This document shows, in pieces, positions 9,922 through 18,122 of a stretch of DNA of 64,000 bases. Under the pieces are notes generated by a model. The model was not told the DNA's origin and made no database searches. It saw only the letters and a program-made list of their open reading frames with translations. How positions within the stretch are numbered: the first letter of the stretch is position 1; each line of letters starts with the position of its first letter. The stretch is from Candidatus Iainarchaeum sp. (lineage in GTDB: Archaea; Iainarchaeota; Iainarchaeia; Iainarchaeales; CSSED10-239). The stretch spans positions 524,946-588,945 of the forward strand of contig JBBISB010000001.1 in NCBI GenBank assembly GCA_037441475.1. The letters run 5' to 3'. Position numbers and translations under genes: made by a program.

Positions 9922-10355
9922 GTTTATTTATAAATTAATACTTAAATAACAAATTTAGTTTTATACTTTACATTAAAACAAAAAATTAATCTTTTTTCCC
10001 TTAAAAAGAAGAAAGCTTAATTTTTTTTCTATTTTTACTGTTCCTTAAATTTTTATTGTTAGTTATCTATTTTTTTCTTAAAACAATTATCTTTATATAC
10101 TTTTCTTAACTATAATATTATTACAAATATAGTAAGATTACGTTTAAAAAAGAAAACATAAATTTAGTTAAAAAAACATTTAATAAAAATAAAAAACCAT
10201 TAAATCTCTTTTATTATTTTAAAAAAAGAAGCATTTAACATCATTCCTTACAAAAAACCCTATTTTTAATAAATAAAATTAAGTTTATACTTCTTCTCTA
10301 AAGGTACTTATTATATAAAAAAACAAAAAAAATATAAAAAAAGAGTGAATAAAAT

Positions 10356-10547
10356 ATGAATGGTACTGTTAAATTCTATAATTTTAAAAAAAACTTTGGT
10401 TTCATAACTGGTGAGGACGGAAAAGATTACTTCGTTCATAGTACAGGAATAGCAAACGACCAAATGATTAAAGACGGAATGCCTGTAACTTTTGATGTTA
10501 CACAAGATGATAAAGGACAAAAAGCTATTAACGTTAAAAAAATGTAA
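10356..10547 (+). CDS. csp: cold-shock protein (CSD, OB fold)
   Basis: 63 aa with 'GTVKFYNFKKNFGFI' (RNP1-like) and 'DYFVHSTGI' (RNP2-like). Confidence 0.9.
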   Translation: MNGTVKFYNFKKNFGFITGEDGKDYFVHSTGIANDQMIKDGMPVTFDVTQDDKGQKAINVKKM

Positions 10548-10572
10548 TTTTTTAATAGAATAATGCTTTTTT

Positions 10573-10588
10573 AAAGCTTTTAAGCTTT
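10573..10588 (+). terminator. palindrome aaagctt-tt-aagcttt after csp
   Basis: Perfect 7-bp inverted repeat 26 nt after the csp stop, in T-rich context. Confidence 0.3.
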
Positions 10589-11067
10589 CCATAATTTTAA
10601 AAAAAGTCTTTCTTTTAAAAAGAGGGCTTTTTTTAACTTTATTTCTACCTTATTTTAAAAATTACTACTTTATTTTTAATTCACGCTCTGTATAATATAC
10701 ATAATTTTTTTGAACAAACATATATATACTTTTCGTTAACTTTAAAAAATTAACCCTCAAAAGCTCGCTTTTAGCTATTTTTTACCACTTTTCCTTCATT
10801 TTCTAAACTAAATCAAATTATAATGGTTTTACCTTATAATTATTTTATAATTTCTGCTTTTTTGATAAAAAACTTTACAGTTATTTTATATAACAAAAAA
10901 GAGGTTAGTGAAAGAAGAAAGAAAAAGTACTCTTAAATTAATAAGAAAAGCTTAATTTCTTTTTTCGGCAACGACCTCTCCCTCCCCTTTATGCTTTATA
11001 TAGGAAAATAAAGCTAATATATATAACATTAATAAATTTTTAAAAAAAACAAAAGTGGAATGATTAA

Positions 11068-13206
11068 ATGGTTGACATAGATCTTGAAAGAGAACTTGAT
11101 AGTTTTGATATAAAAGAAACAAAGAGCATATTAGTTGATGAGTATGTTGATCTCTTTGTAGAATTCTTTGAAGAAATATACAAAAAAGAAATAGAACAGC
11201 TTGCCTCAAACTATCCAACTGAAAAATCCCTAGAAATAGATTACAAAAAATTAGAAGACTTTGATCTAAATCTAGCAGAAAGACTTCTCTCTTCTCCAAA
11301 CATTATCTTTGAAGCATCAAACGCAGCTATTAAAAAAATAGATCTAGGTATCCTGGATTCAGAAGTTGAAGATAACTTTGAACCTATGGTTAGGTTTTTC
11401 AACCTACCAGAAGAATACAGAGTTTCAATAAGAGAAGTAGGTTCTGAACATTTAACAGATCTTGTCTCTGTTGAAGGAACAATAAGAGCAATTACAGAAA
11501 AATTAGAAAAATTAACTCTTTCTCACTTCACATGTAAAAAATGTGGAACCCCAGTTATCTTAATGCAAAAAACACAACAGCTTCTAAAACCAGTAATGTG
11601 TAATGAATGTAAATCAAGAGACTTTGATCTAGACTTAGAACAATCAAAATTCATTGATTATCAAAAAATACAAATACAAGAACCTTTAGAAAACCTAAAA
11701 GGTTCAGAACAAGCAAGTAACATAGATGTCTACCTTTCAGATGACTTAGTTAACAAATGTTCTGCAGGGGATAAAATAATTGTAACTGGTGTCTTAAAGT
11801 TAAGACCTACAAAAGGAGACATGAACATCTTTTCAAGATACTTAGTTGCAAACCACATAGAAAGAGTAGATCAAGAGTATGAAGAGTTAAAAATATCTTT
11901 TGAAGAAGAACAAGAGATTAAAGCTCTTTCAAAAAAAGAAAATATCTATGAAATGCTTTCAAAATCAGTTGCTCCTAATATCTTCGGACATGAAGTTGTA
12001 AAGGAAGCAGTTACCTTACAGATGTTTGGTGGTGTAAAAAAAGAAATTGCAAAACAAAAGTTTAGAGGTAACATACATGTTCTTTTAGTAGGTGATCCTT
12101 CTACTGGTAAGTCCAAGATACTAGAGTATTCAAACCTTTTAGCTCCAAAAAGTATATACGTTGCAGGAAAGACAGTTTCTGGTGCTGGTTTAACAGTCTC
12201 TGCTGTAAAAGATGAATATGGAGAGGGTGGTTGGACATTAAAAGCTGGTGCTATCATTTTAGCAAGCGGTGGAATTGCAATGATTGATGAGTTTGATAAG
12301 ATAGGTGCAGATGATAGGTCTTCTCTTCACGAAGCAATGGCTCAATCCACAGTTTCTGTTTCAAAAGCTGGTCTTTACAGTAAATTCAGAGCCGATACTT
12401 CAGTTCTTGCAGCAGCAAATCCAAAGTACAACAGGTTTGATCCTTATAAAAATCCATTAGAGCAAATAGATCTTCCTTTCTCTCTTCTTTCAAGATTTGA
12501 TTTATACTTTGTAATTCCAGATCTTTTAGATAGACAGATGGACACTGATATTGCAAAACATGTTTTAAAAACACAGGCTCTTGCAGAAAAGCTTTCTGGA
12601 AGAGATAAGACAATAACAAAAGAGGAGCTTTCAAGTATTGAAAAGCAAATCCTTCCAGCAATTGATCCTAATCTTTTTAAAAAGTTTGTAGCTTATGCTC
12701 GTCAGAACATAAAACCTGTTCTTTCTCAAGAGGCTTCAGATATTATCTTAAAATACTATGTTGAATTAAGAGACATGGGAAGAAAGAATAGAAGCTTTAC
12801 TGCAACTCCAAGACAGCTTGAGGGTTTTATAAGACTTTCAGAAGCAAGTGCAAAAATAAAACTTAAAAAAACAATTGAAGCAAGTGATGCTCAAAGAGCA
12901 ATCAGGATCTTTAAGACTTCCTTAGAGCAAGTTGCAATGGATAAAGAGACTGGTAAGATCGATATTGATATTTTGCAGACTGGTCAATCACAGAGTGAGA
13001 GAAACTTTATAAAAATTGTTTTAAAATATTTAAAAGATCTTTCATCAAAAGACCCAATAGCTACAAAAGACTTTATAGAGTTCACAACTAAAGAAGGGCA
13101 TGATAAAGAAAAGGTTATGGAAGCAATCTCTAAGCTTAAGAAGATTGGGGATATCTATGAACCAAGGTCTGGTCTTTTAAAAGCCACTGAACCTGATGCC
13201 TTTTAA
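11068..13206 (+). CDS. mcm: MCM replicative helicase
   Basis: Zn finger 'CKKCGT...CNECKS', Walker A 'GDPSTGKSK', Walker B 'AMIDEFDK', 'SRFDL' arginine-finger region, C-terminal winged-helix tail. No intein. Confidence 0.95.
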   Translation: MVDIDLERELDSFDIKETKSILVDEYVDLFVEFFEEIYKKEIEQLASNYPTEKSLEIDYKKLEDFDLNLAERLLSSPNIIFEASNAAIKKIDLGILDSEVEDNFEPMVRFFNLPEEYRVSIREVGSEHLTDLVSVEGTIRAITEKLEKLTLSHFTCKKCGTPVILMQKTQQLLKPVMCNECKSRDFDLDLEQSKFIDYQKIQIQEPLENLKGSEQASNIDVYLSDDLVNKCSAGDKIIVTGVLKLRPTKGDMNIFSRYLVANHIERVDQEYEELKISFEEEQEIKALSKKENIYEMLSKSVAPNIFGHEVVKEAVTLQMFGGVKKEIAKQKFRGNIHVLLVGDPSTGKSKILEYSNLLAPKSIYVAGKTVSGAGLTVSAVKDEYGEGGWTLKAGAIILASGGIAMIDEFDKIGADDRSSLHEAMAQSTVSVSKAGLYSKFRADTSVLAAANPKYNRFDPYKNPLEQIDLPFSLLSRFDLYFVIPDLLDRQMDTDIAKHVLKTQALAEKLSGRDKTITKEELSSIEKQILPAIDPNLFKKFVAYARQNIKPVLSQEASDIILKYYVELRDMGRKNRSFTATPRQLEGFIRLSEASAKIKLKKTIEASDAQRAIRIFKTSLEQVAMDKETGKIDIDILQTGQSQSERNFIKIVLKYLKDLSSKDPIATKDFIEFTTKEGHDKEKVMEAISKLKKIGDIYEPRSGLLKATEPDAF

Positions 13207-13212
13207 GGTTTT
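13186..13212. repeat. 27-bp direct repeat, copy 1 (last 6 codons plus stop of mcm and 6 nt beyond)
   Basis: actgaacctgatgccttttaaggtttt. It matches 14634-14660 at 26 of 27 positions. Confidence 0.9.
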
Positions 13213-13242
13213 CTTTAAGATTTTAAATTTATTTTTTATTAT

Positions 13243-13290
13243 GGATTCTAAATCCTAATTTAATTGTTTTTATGTGGATTCCAAATCCAC
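13243..13290. promoter_or_regulatory. two adjacent GGATT/AATCC palindromes upstream of the ATPase gene
   Basis: ggattctaaatcc (13243-13255) and gtggattccaaatccac (13274-13290). A third tggatt sits at the ATG (13324). Confidence 0.3.
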
Positions 13291-13323
13291 ATATTTAAAA
13301 ACCTTTTTGTATATATAATTAAT

Positions 13324-14586
13324 ATGGATTATATGTTATTAAAGCAAGTTATTATTAATCAAAATATTTTTTTTAAAATCAAACCAGTAGGTTATATAAG
13401 AGATAAATTACAATTAATTAAAAAAGATATTAATACACCTACAATTATTGTTATTACTGGGCACAGAAGAGTTGGAAAATCAACCTTATTTTTACAAATT
13501 GCAAATTTTTTTTATAAAGATAATTATTATTATTTAGATTTTTCAGATCCTGTTTTAAGAAACATAAATATTGAAGATTTTTTAAAAATTGAAGAAATTT
13601 TTTTACAAGAATTTAAAAAAAGAAAAGCTTTTTTCTTTGATGAGATTCAAGGTGTGCCTGGTTGGAATTTATTTGTAAATCAATTAAGAGAAAAAGGGTA
13701 TAAATGTTATATAACATGGTCTAATGCAGAACTATTATCTAAAGAGATTTCAACCTATCTAACTGGAAGACATAAGGATTATGAATTATATCCGTTTTCT
13801 TTTAAAGAATACTTATCGTTTAATAATATAGTTAAAGAACAGTTTACTACATCTAAAAATGCACAACTGTTATCTTATTTTGATACTTATTTAAATGCAG
13901 GTGGCTTTCCTGAAATTGTTGTTTATAATCAAAATGAATTGTTAAAAGAAATTTATAAAGATATAATATTAAAAGATGTTGCATTAAGATGGGATTTAAA
14001 AAATATATCTGAACTTGAAGATTTATCTTTTTATTTATTATCAAACGCCACTCAAGAATATAATTATAATTCTTTAAAAAAAAAAGTTAATATTAAAGAT
14101 GCAAAAACAATTAAACAATATATTAATTATCTGTGTAAAACATATATGTTTTTTGAAGTATCTCAATTTGATTTTTCATTAAATAAACAAAGAAAACGTA
14201 ATAAAAAGATATATATTTTAGATAATGGATTTTTAACACAAGTAGGTTACTCTTTTTCTATAGGTAAAAGTAGATATTTAGAAAATCTTGTGTTTATGGA
14301 ATTAAAAATGAGAAATTTAGAAGTTTATTTTTATAAAGATAATTCTAATTTAGAATGTGATTTTTTAATTGTTGAAAATAAACAAGTAAAAGATGCTTTT
14401 CAAGTTTGTTTTTCAGTAGATAAAAAAGAAACTGAAGATAGAGAAGTTAATGGTCTTCTTTCTGCTTTAAAAGCTTATAATTTAAAAAAAGGCACTATTA
14501 TTACTTATAATTTTGAAAAAGAAATTAAAATCAATGGATTTATAGTTAATTTTATTCCAGCCTTTAAATGGTTATTAGATAAATGA
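13324..14586 (+). CDS. AAA-family ATPase with C-terminal DUF4143/PD-(D/E)xK-like domain
   Basis: P-loop 'ITGHRRVGKST', Walker B 'FFFDEIQ', C-terminal 'LECDFLIVENK' nuclease-like motif. The track ORF begins at TTG 13264, but that extension covers the palindromes. Confidence 0.7.
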   Translation: MDYMLLKQVIINQNIFFKIKPVGYIRDKLQLIKKDINTPTIIVITGHRRVGKSTLFLQIANFFYKDNYYYLDFSDPVLRNINIEDFLKIEEIFLQEFKKRKAFFFDEIQGVPGWNLFVNQLREKGYKCYITWSNAELLSKEISTYLTGRHKDYELYPFSFKEYLSFNNIVKEQFTTSKNAQLLSYFDTYLNAGGFPEIVVYNQNELLKEIYKDIILKDVALRWDLKNISELEDLSFYLLSNATQEYNYNSLKKKVNIKDAKTIKQYINYLCKTYMFFEVSQFDFSLNKQRKRNKKIYILDNGFLTQVGYSFSIGKSRYLENLVFMELKMRNLEVYFYKDNSNLECDFLIVENKQVKDAFQVCFSVDKKETEDREVNGLLSALKAYNLKKGTIITYNFEKEIKINGFIVNFIPAFKWLLDK

Positions 14587-14633
14587 TCTTAAATTAATAT
14601 TTTTAATTTTTTAAACCTTACTTATTTAAGTAA

Positions 14634-14660
14634 ACTGAACCAGATGCCTTTTAAGGTTTT
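14634..14660. repeat. 27-bp direct repeat, copy 2 (orphan copy of the mcm 3' end)
   Basis: actgaaccagatgccttttaaggtttt. The single mismatch (CCT to CCA) would be synonymous (Pro) in the mcm frame. Confidence 0.9.
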
Positions 14661-14662
14661 AT

Positions 14663-14684
14663 AAAAGGTTTTTTAAAACCTTTT
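14663..14684. terminator. palindrome aaaaggtttt-tt-aaaacctttt followed by a T-run
   Basis: Perfect 10-bp inverted repeat immediately after repeat copy 2. This would be the ancestral mcm terminator position. Confidence 0.4.
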
Positions 14685-14724
14685 AATCTTTTTTTATTGT
14701 ATATAATATAAAAATGATCTGTCT

Positions 14725-15255
14725 ATGATTACCTATAAAAATTATTCTTCAAAAAAACTTTTTGATTTAATACATAATTATTCTTACTTAAAAGAAATTT
14801 ATAAAGTCAAGTTTAATACTAGTAGTGTTCCTGCCATTTATTCTCAAGATATAAAAGATGTTCTTTTTAGAAATTATCCTAACACACATATTTTTTTAGC
14901 CTTAAATGAAAATACTCCTGTTGCTTTTCTTAACGGAAGTTATAATAAAAACAATAATTGTTTTACAATAGAGGCTGTTTTTGCATCTAAGAGATTAAGT
15001 CCAGCTGAGCAAGAATTAATTAAAGGTAAATTAATGTTAAGAGCAATATCTCATGCCAGAGTTAAAGAAAAAACAGTTAATTTTGCCCCTAGTGTTTTTC
15101 TTTCAAAAGAAATAAAAGATATTTTTAAAAAAATACATACCAGAAAAATAGATAGCAAAAGATTAACCTATGTTCCAGATAAAAAATTTCTATCTACAAA
15201 AGAAAGTTTTTCTATTTTTAAAAAAGATAAAGTTAAAACTTTAAAAAAGAAATAA
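14725..15255 (+). CDS. hypothetical protein, weak GNAT-like pattern, basic C-terminal tail
   Basis: Paralogue of the next ORF ('PVAFLNGSYNKNNNCFTIEAVFASK' against 'LVGFLSGYTNLNNFNIQNLFVSK'). Tail 'KKDKVKTLKKK'. Confidence 0.4.
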   Translation: MITYKNYSSKKLFDLIHNYSYLKEIYKVKFNTSSVPAIYSQDIKDVLFRNYPNTHIFLALNENTPVAFLNGSYNKNNNCFTIEAVFASKRLSPAEQELIKGKLMLRAISHARVKEKTVNFAPSVFLSKEIKDIFKKIHTRKIDSKRLTYVPDKKFLSTKESFSIFKKDKVKTLKKK

Positions 15256-15264
15256 TGTGTTTTT

Positions 15265-15777
15265 ATGATTAGATATAAGGTTTTTGATTCTGTTAACATG
15301 TCTGAGTTTATAAATAATGAAAAACTATTTAAAGAAGCTTATTCTATAGTTACACAAGATGTTATTTTGTCAAAAGAATATGAAGAAAGAAGATTAAATT
15401 TTTTTAAAAGAGATTTTAAAAATACTAGTGCCTTTGTTTTTATGGCTTTTTCTGAAAACAAACTAGTTGGTTTTCTATCAGGATATACAAACCTTAATAA
15501 TTTTAATATTCAAAACCTTTTTGTATCTAAAAAAAATCATTCAAAAGCAATTGGTACAAAATTAAAAATATATTCTATAGCTTACCTAAGATCAAAAAAA
15601 GGTACTAGTAATTTTGTGAGCTTAAATGTGGTTAATCCAAAGGTTTATCAAATAAACAAAAGAATTGTTGAAAGAAAAAACATTTCTAAAAATACTACTT
15701 ATTCTTTTGAGAAAACTTCTGCTAATGGGGTTTTTAAAAAAAATTTACATAAAATAATTACTAAAAAAAGAAGATAA
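15265..15777 (+). CDS. hypothetical protein, weak GNAT-like pattern, basic C-terminal tail
   Basis: 'IQNLFVSKKNHSKAIGTKLKIYSIAYL' resembles GNAT motif A. Tail 'KIITKKRR'. Tandem paralogue of 14725-15255. Confidence 0.4.
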   Translation: MIRYKVFDSVNMSEFINNEKLFKEAYSIVTQDVILSKEYEERRLNFFKRDFKNTSAFVFMAFSENKLVGFLSGYTNLNNFNIQNLFVSKKNHSKAIGTKLKIYSIAYLRSKKGTSNFVSLNVVNPKVYQINKRIVERKNISKNTTYSFEKTSANGVFKKNLHKIITKKRR

Positions 15778-15779
15778 TC

Positions 15780-16646
15780 ATGGTCAAAGATAAAAACAAA
15801 GATACCTTTCCATTAAACTTCATATTATTTTTAACAATTATTTTTTTAGTAGTTCAAGTAGTTGGGTTGTTTGTAACCTCCTACTATGCTTCCTTAACAG
15901 ATCTAAGGATAGCCTTAATAACTGATGATCCTAACGATATAATAAATGCTGTTTTCATAATAGTTCAAATCCTAGTTATAACAGGTATTATTCTTCTAAT
16001 AAAAAGGTTTTCAAAAAAAACCGGTTACTTAAGAATCTTTGAGTATCTTGCATTGTTTGTTGGTATGACAGTTGTTTTTGATGTTATTTTTTCAGAAATA
16101 GCTTCAATGTATATATCTGTTCTTTTACTTTTTATCAAATATCTTTTAGAGAAGTATAAATCTGATTATAAAAAGAGCATAATGTGGTATAACAATTTAC
16201 TTCTTTCTCTTTCAATAGCAGGAGCGGGTGCAATAATAGGTCTTTCTCTTTGGCTTATCCCTGTAATTACTTTCTTAATACTTTTATCAATCTATGACAT
16301 TATTGCTGTTTTTTACACAAAACACATGATCATCTTAGCAAAAACATTTTCAAAAACAAAGATGGCTTTAATCTTTTATATTCCAACAAAAGAAAAGACC
16401 TATCAGTTGGGTGGAGGGGACTTAGTTATCCCTTTAGTTGTGTCTTCTTCTTTTTATTTCTATTTAATTAAGTTTTTTTCTTTTACCTTTGCTTTCTTTT
16501 ATGTTTCTTTAGTATGGCTTGCTTCTCTTCTTGGTTTATTTATAACCTTTTACCTTCTTAAGAAATATGAGTTTAAGGCAATGCCTGCTCTTCCTATACA
16601 GGCCTTACTAATGATTGTAGTAATTGTTCTTTCAATTACTTTTTAA
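15780..16646 (+). CDS. presenilin/signal-peptide-peptidase-like intramembrane aspartyl protease (A22 family)
   Basis: Polytopic membrane protein with 'SIYDIIAVF' (YD), 'LGGGDLVIP' (GxGD) and 'AMPALPIQ' (PAL) in the canonical order. Confidence 0.75.
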   Translation: MVKDKNKDTFPLNFILFLTIIFLVVQVVGLFVTSYYASLTDLRIALITDDPNDIINAVFIIVQILVITGIILLIKRFSKKTGYLRIFEYLALFVGMTVVFDVIFSEIASMYISVLLLFIKYLLEKYKSDYKKSIMWYNNLLLSLSIAGAGAIIGLSLWLIPVITFLILLSIYDIIAVFYTKHMIILAKTFSKTKMALIFYIPTKEKTYQLGGGDLVIPLVVSSSFYFYLIKFFSFTFAFFYVSLVWLASLLGLFITFYLLKKYEFKAMPALPIQALLMIVVIVLSITF

Positions 16647-16760
16647 TTTTATTTTTTAAAAAATAAAACAATCTTTATAAATAGTTTGTTCTTTTTTTAT
16701 ATTTGATGGGGGTAGTTACATTTTAAAGAGGTTTTTATATAATGATTAAATTATTAAATA

Positions 16761-17538
16761 TTGGTAAGGGAAAAAAAACCAACCAACCTTAAATTGAACC
16801 CATCTATAAATCCTAATCAATTAACTTATAAGGACACTATACCTTATAGGTATTATGGTAAAAAACTTGTTTATACTAATTTTGCAATAGAGGTTTTAAA
16901 AGAAAACCCTGGTATTATAAAAGCAATAAATTTCTTATCTAAAAATAAAAAAGAAATAAGGTTTGTTGAAGACAAAGGAAGATTTGAAATCCTAAAGGTA
17001 ACAAACCAAATTATTAATAAGAAAAGGACTACATCAGCATACACAAGTGAAGGGTATCTTTTAATAATTAATAAAGCAAAACCAATTAGATTTTTTATAA
17101 AAGAAACAAGCGGTGCAGTTTTCTTTAACAGAAGAGTTGTTGGCTTTACGATTAATTAAAAAAGAAGCTAAAAAATTGGTTTTAAAATAATTAAACCTCA
17201 CTTTGCTTTTGATAATCATGCTAAAATTTCTGGTTTTTTCTTCAATATTCCTGACATGAGATCTTTTATTGTTTATGAACTTTCTTATCTTTTAACTGTA
17301 AGTGATGCTATTAAGAAAAAAATTAACTGCAGTTGAAAAAAAGAACATAGATATAAAATTTTCACAATTAAATCAAACTTTAACCAAGATTGGTTTTTTT
17401 GATCTTGATTTAAATAAAAGAAACTGTTTTATAGATTTTTCTAAAAAGCCAGCAGATTTATATTTATTTGATCCTTTAACCTTTAGTGAAAACTATTCTT
17501 TTTTTACAAAAGAGATTTCTAAAATAGATAAAAAATAG
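16761..17538 (+). pseudogene. disrupted gene of unknown function (weak protein-kinase-like catalytic-loop pattern)
   Basis: The 132-aa ORF ends at TAA 17157, with a second in-frame TAA at 17169. The same frame is then open for 54 codons to 17333. The +1 frame continues from 17302 across an A7 run to 17538 and contains 'FFDLDLNKRNCFIDF...LYLFDP'. Confidence 0.5.
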
Positions 17539-17650
17539 TTTTTTAAAATAAAATATTCCCTTCTTTTTATTTATTGTTTTTATTAACTTTTTTTATAAAC
17601 CCGCCTAAACTTACTAATATTTATAAACACTTCTAAACATATAATATATT

Positions 17651-18091
17651 ATGGCAACTAAACAAAACAATACTAAAAATAATCTTTTAGACTATAAGTC
17701 ACTTTTAGATAGACTATACATGGCTTTGCCTCCAAAAACCCTAGAAAGCACAAGGTTTGAACTTCCTACAGCTGATTCAATGATCCAAGGAAAACAAACT
17801 ATTTGGAAGAACTTTTCAAAAGCTGCAAAGGACCTAAAAAGAGATGAAGCACAGATGTATAAGTTTGTAATGAAGGAAATATCAACTTCCTCTACAATAG
17901 TTAATGGTACCTTAGTCTTAAACGGAATCTTTAATAACTTTAAAATGAACCAAATCTTAGAAAAGTATATTAAGTTCTTTGTACTATGTTCTGCTTGTAA
18001 AAAACCAGACACTGAGATTGTAACTCAAAATAATGTTAAGATACTTAAGTGTACTGCTTGCGGAGCTGTTTCACCACTTCCAAGGTTATAA
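17651..18091 (+). CDS. translation initiation factor aIF2 beta subunit
   Basis: eIF2-beta/eIF5-type C-terminal zinc ribbon 'CSACKKPDT...CTACGA', with the typical length and N-terminal helix. Confidence 0.85.
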   Translation: MATKQNNTKNNLLDYKSLLDRLYMALPPKTLESTRFELPTADSMIQGKQTIWKNFSKAAKDLKRDEAQMYKFVMKEISTSSTIVNGTLVLNGIFNNFKMNQILEKYIKFFVLCSACKKPDTEIVTQNNVKILKCTACGAVSPLPRL

Positions 18092-18122
18092 AAATATAGT
18101 GTTTTAAATAAAAGGTAAACTT

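Larger units (their letters stand above)
9462..10735. repeat. tandem ~630-bp duplication (two csp units plus a third copy of the unit-start box)
   Basis: The box (t)tatatacttttc(t/g)t(t)aac recurs at 9462, 10092 and 10722. The ~270 bp upstream of each csp ATG and the csp coding sequence itself are clearly homologous between the two units. Confidence 0.75.
13213..14660 (+). mobile_element. putative 1.45-kb single-gene insertion cassette (AAA/DUF4143 ATPase) bounded by the mcm 3'-end duplication
   Basis: Direct repeats at 13186-13212 and 14634-14660 bracket exactly one gene. No integrase or transposase lies inside. Confidence 0.45.

Noticed and set aside
10952-11299. 115-aa minus ORF and the G-rich patch ggggagggagagg (about 10969-10990, minus strand) upstream of mcm, considered as an ORB/G-string replication-origin element
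   Set aside because: The ORF overlaps the mcm start antisense. Only a single G-string is present, with no repeated ORB-like inverted repeats and no orc1/cdc6 gene nearby, so an origin call is not supportable.
17157-17171. In-frame TAA codons as evidence of stop-codon reassignment
   Set aside because: TAA terminates many well-supported genes in this window (mcm, csp, psmA and others) at the expected protein ends. The locus also carries a frameshift, so a pseudogene is the simpler reading.
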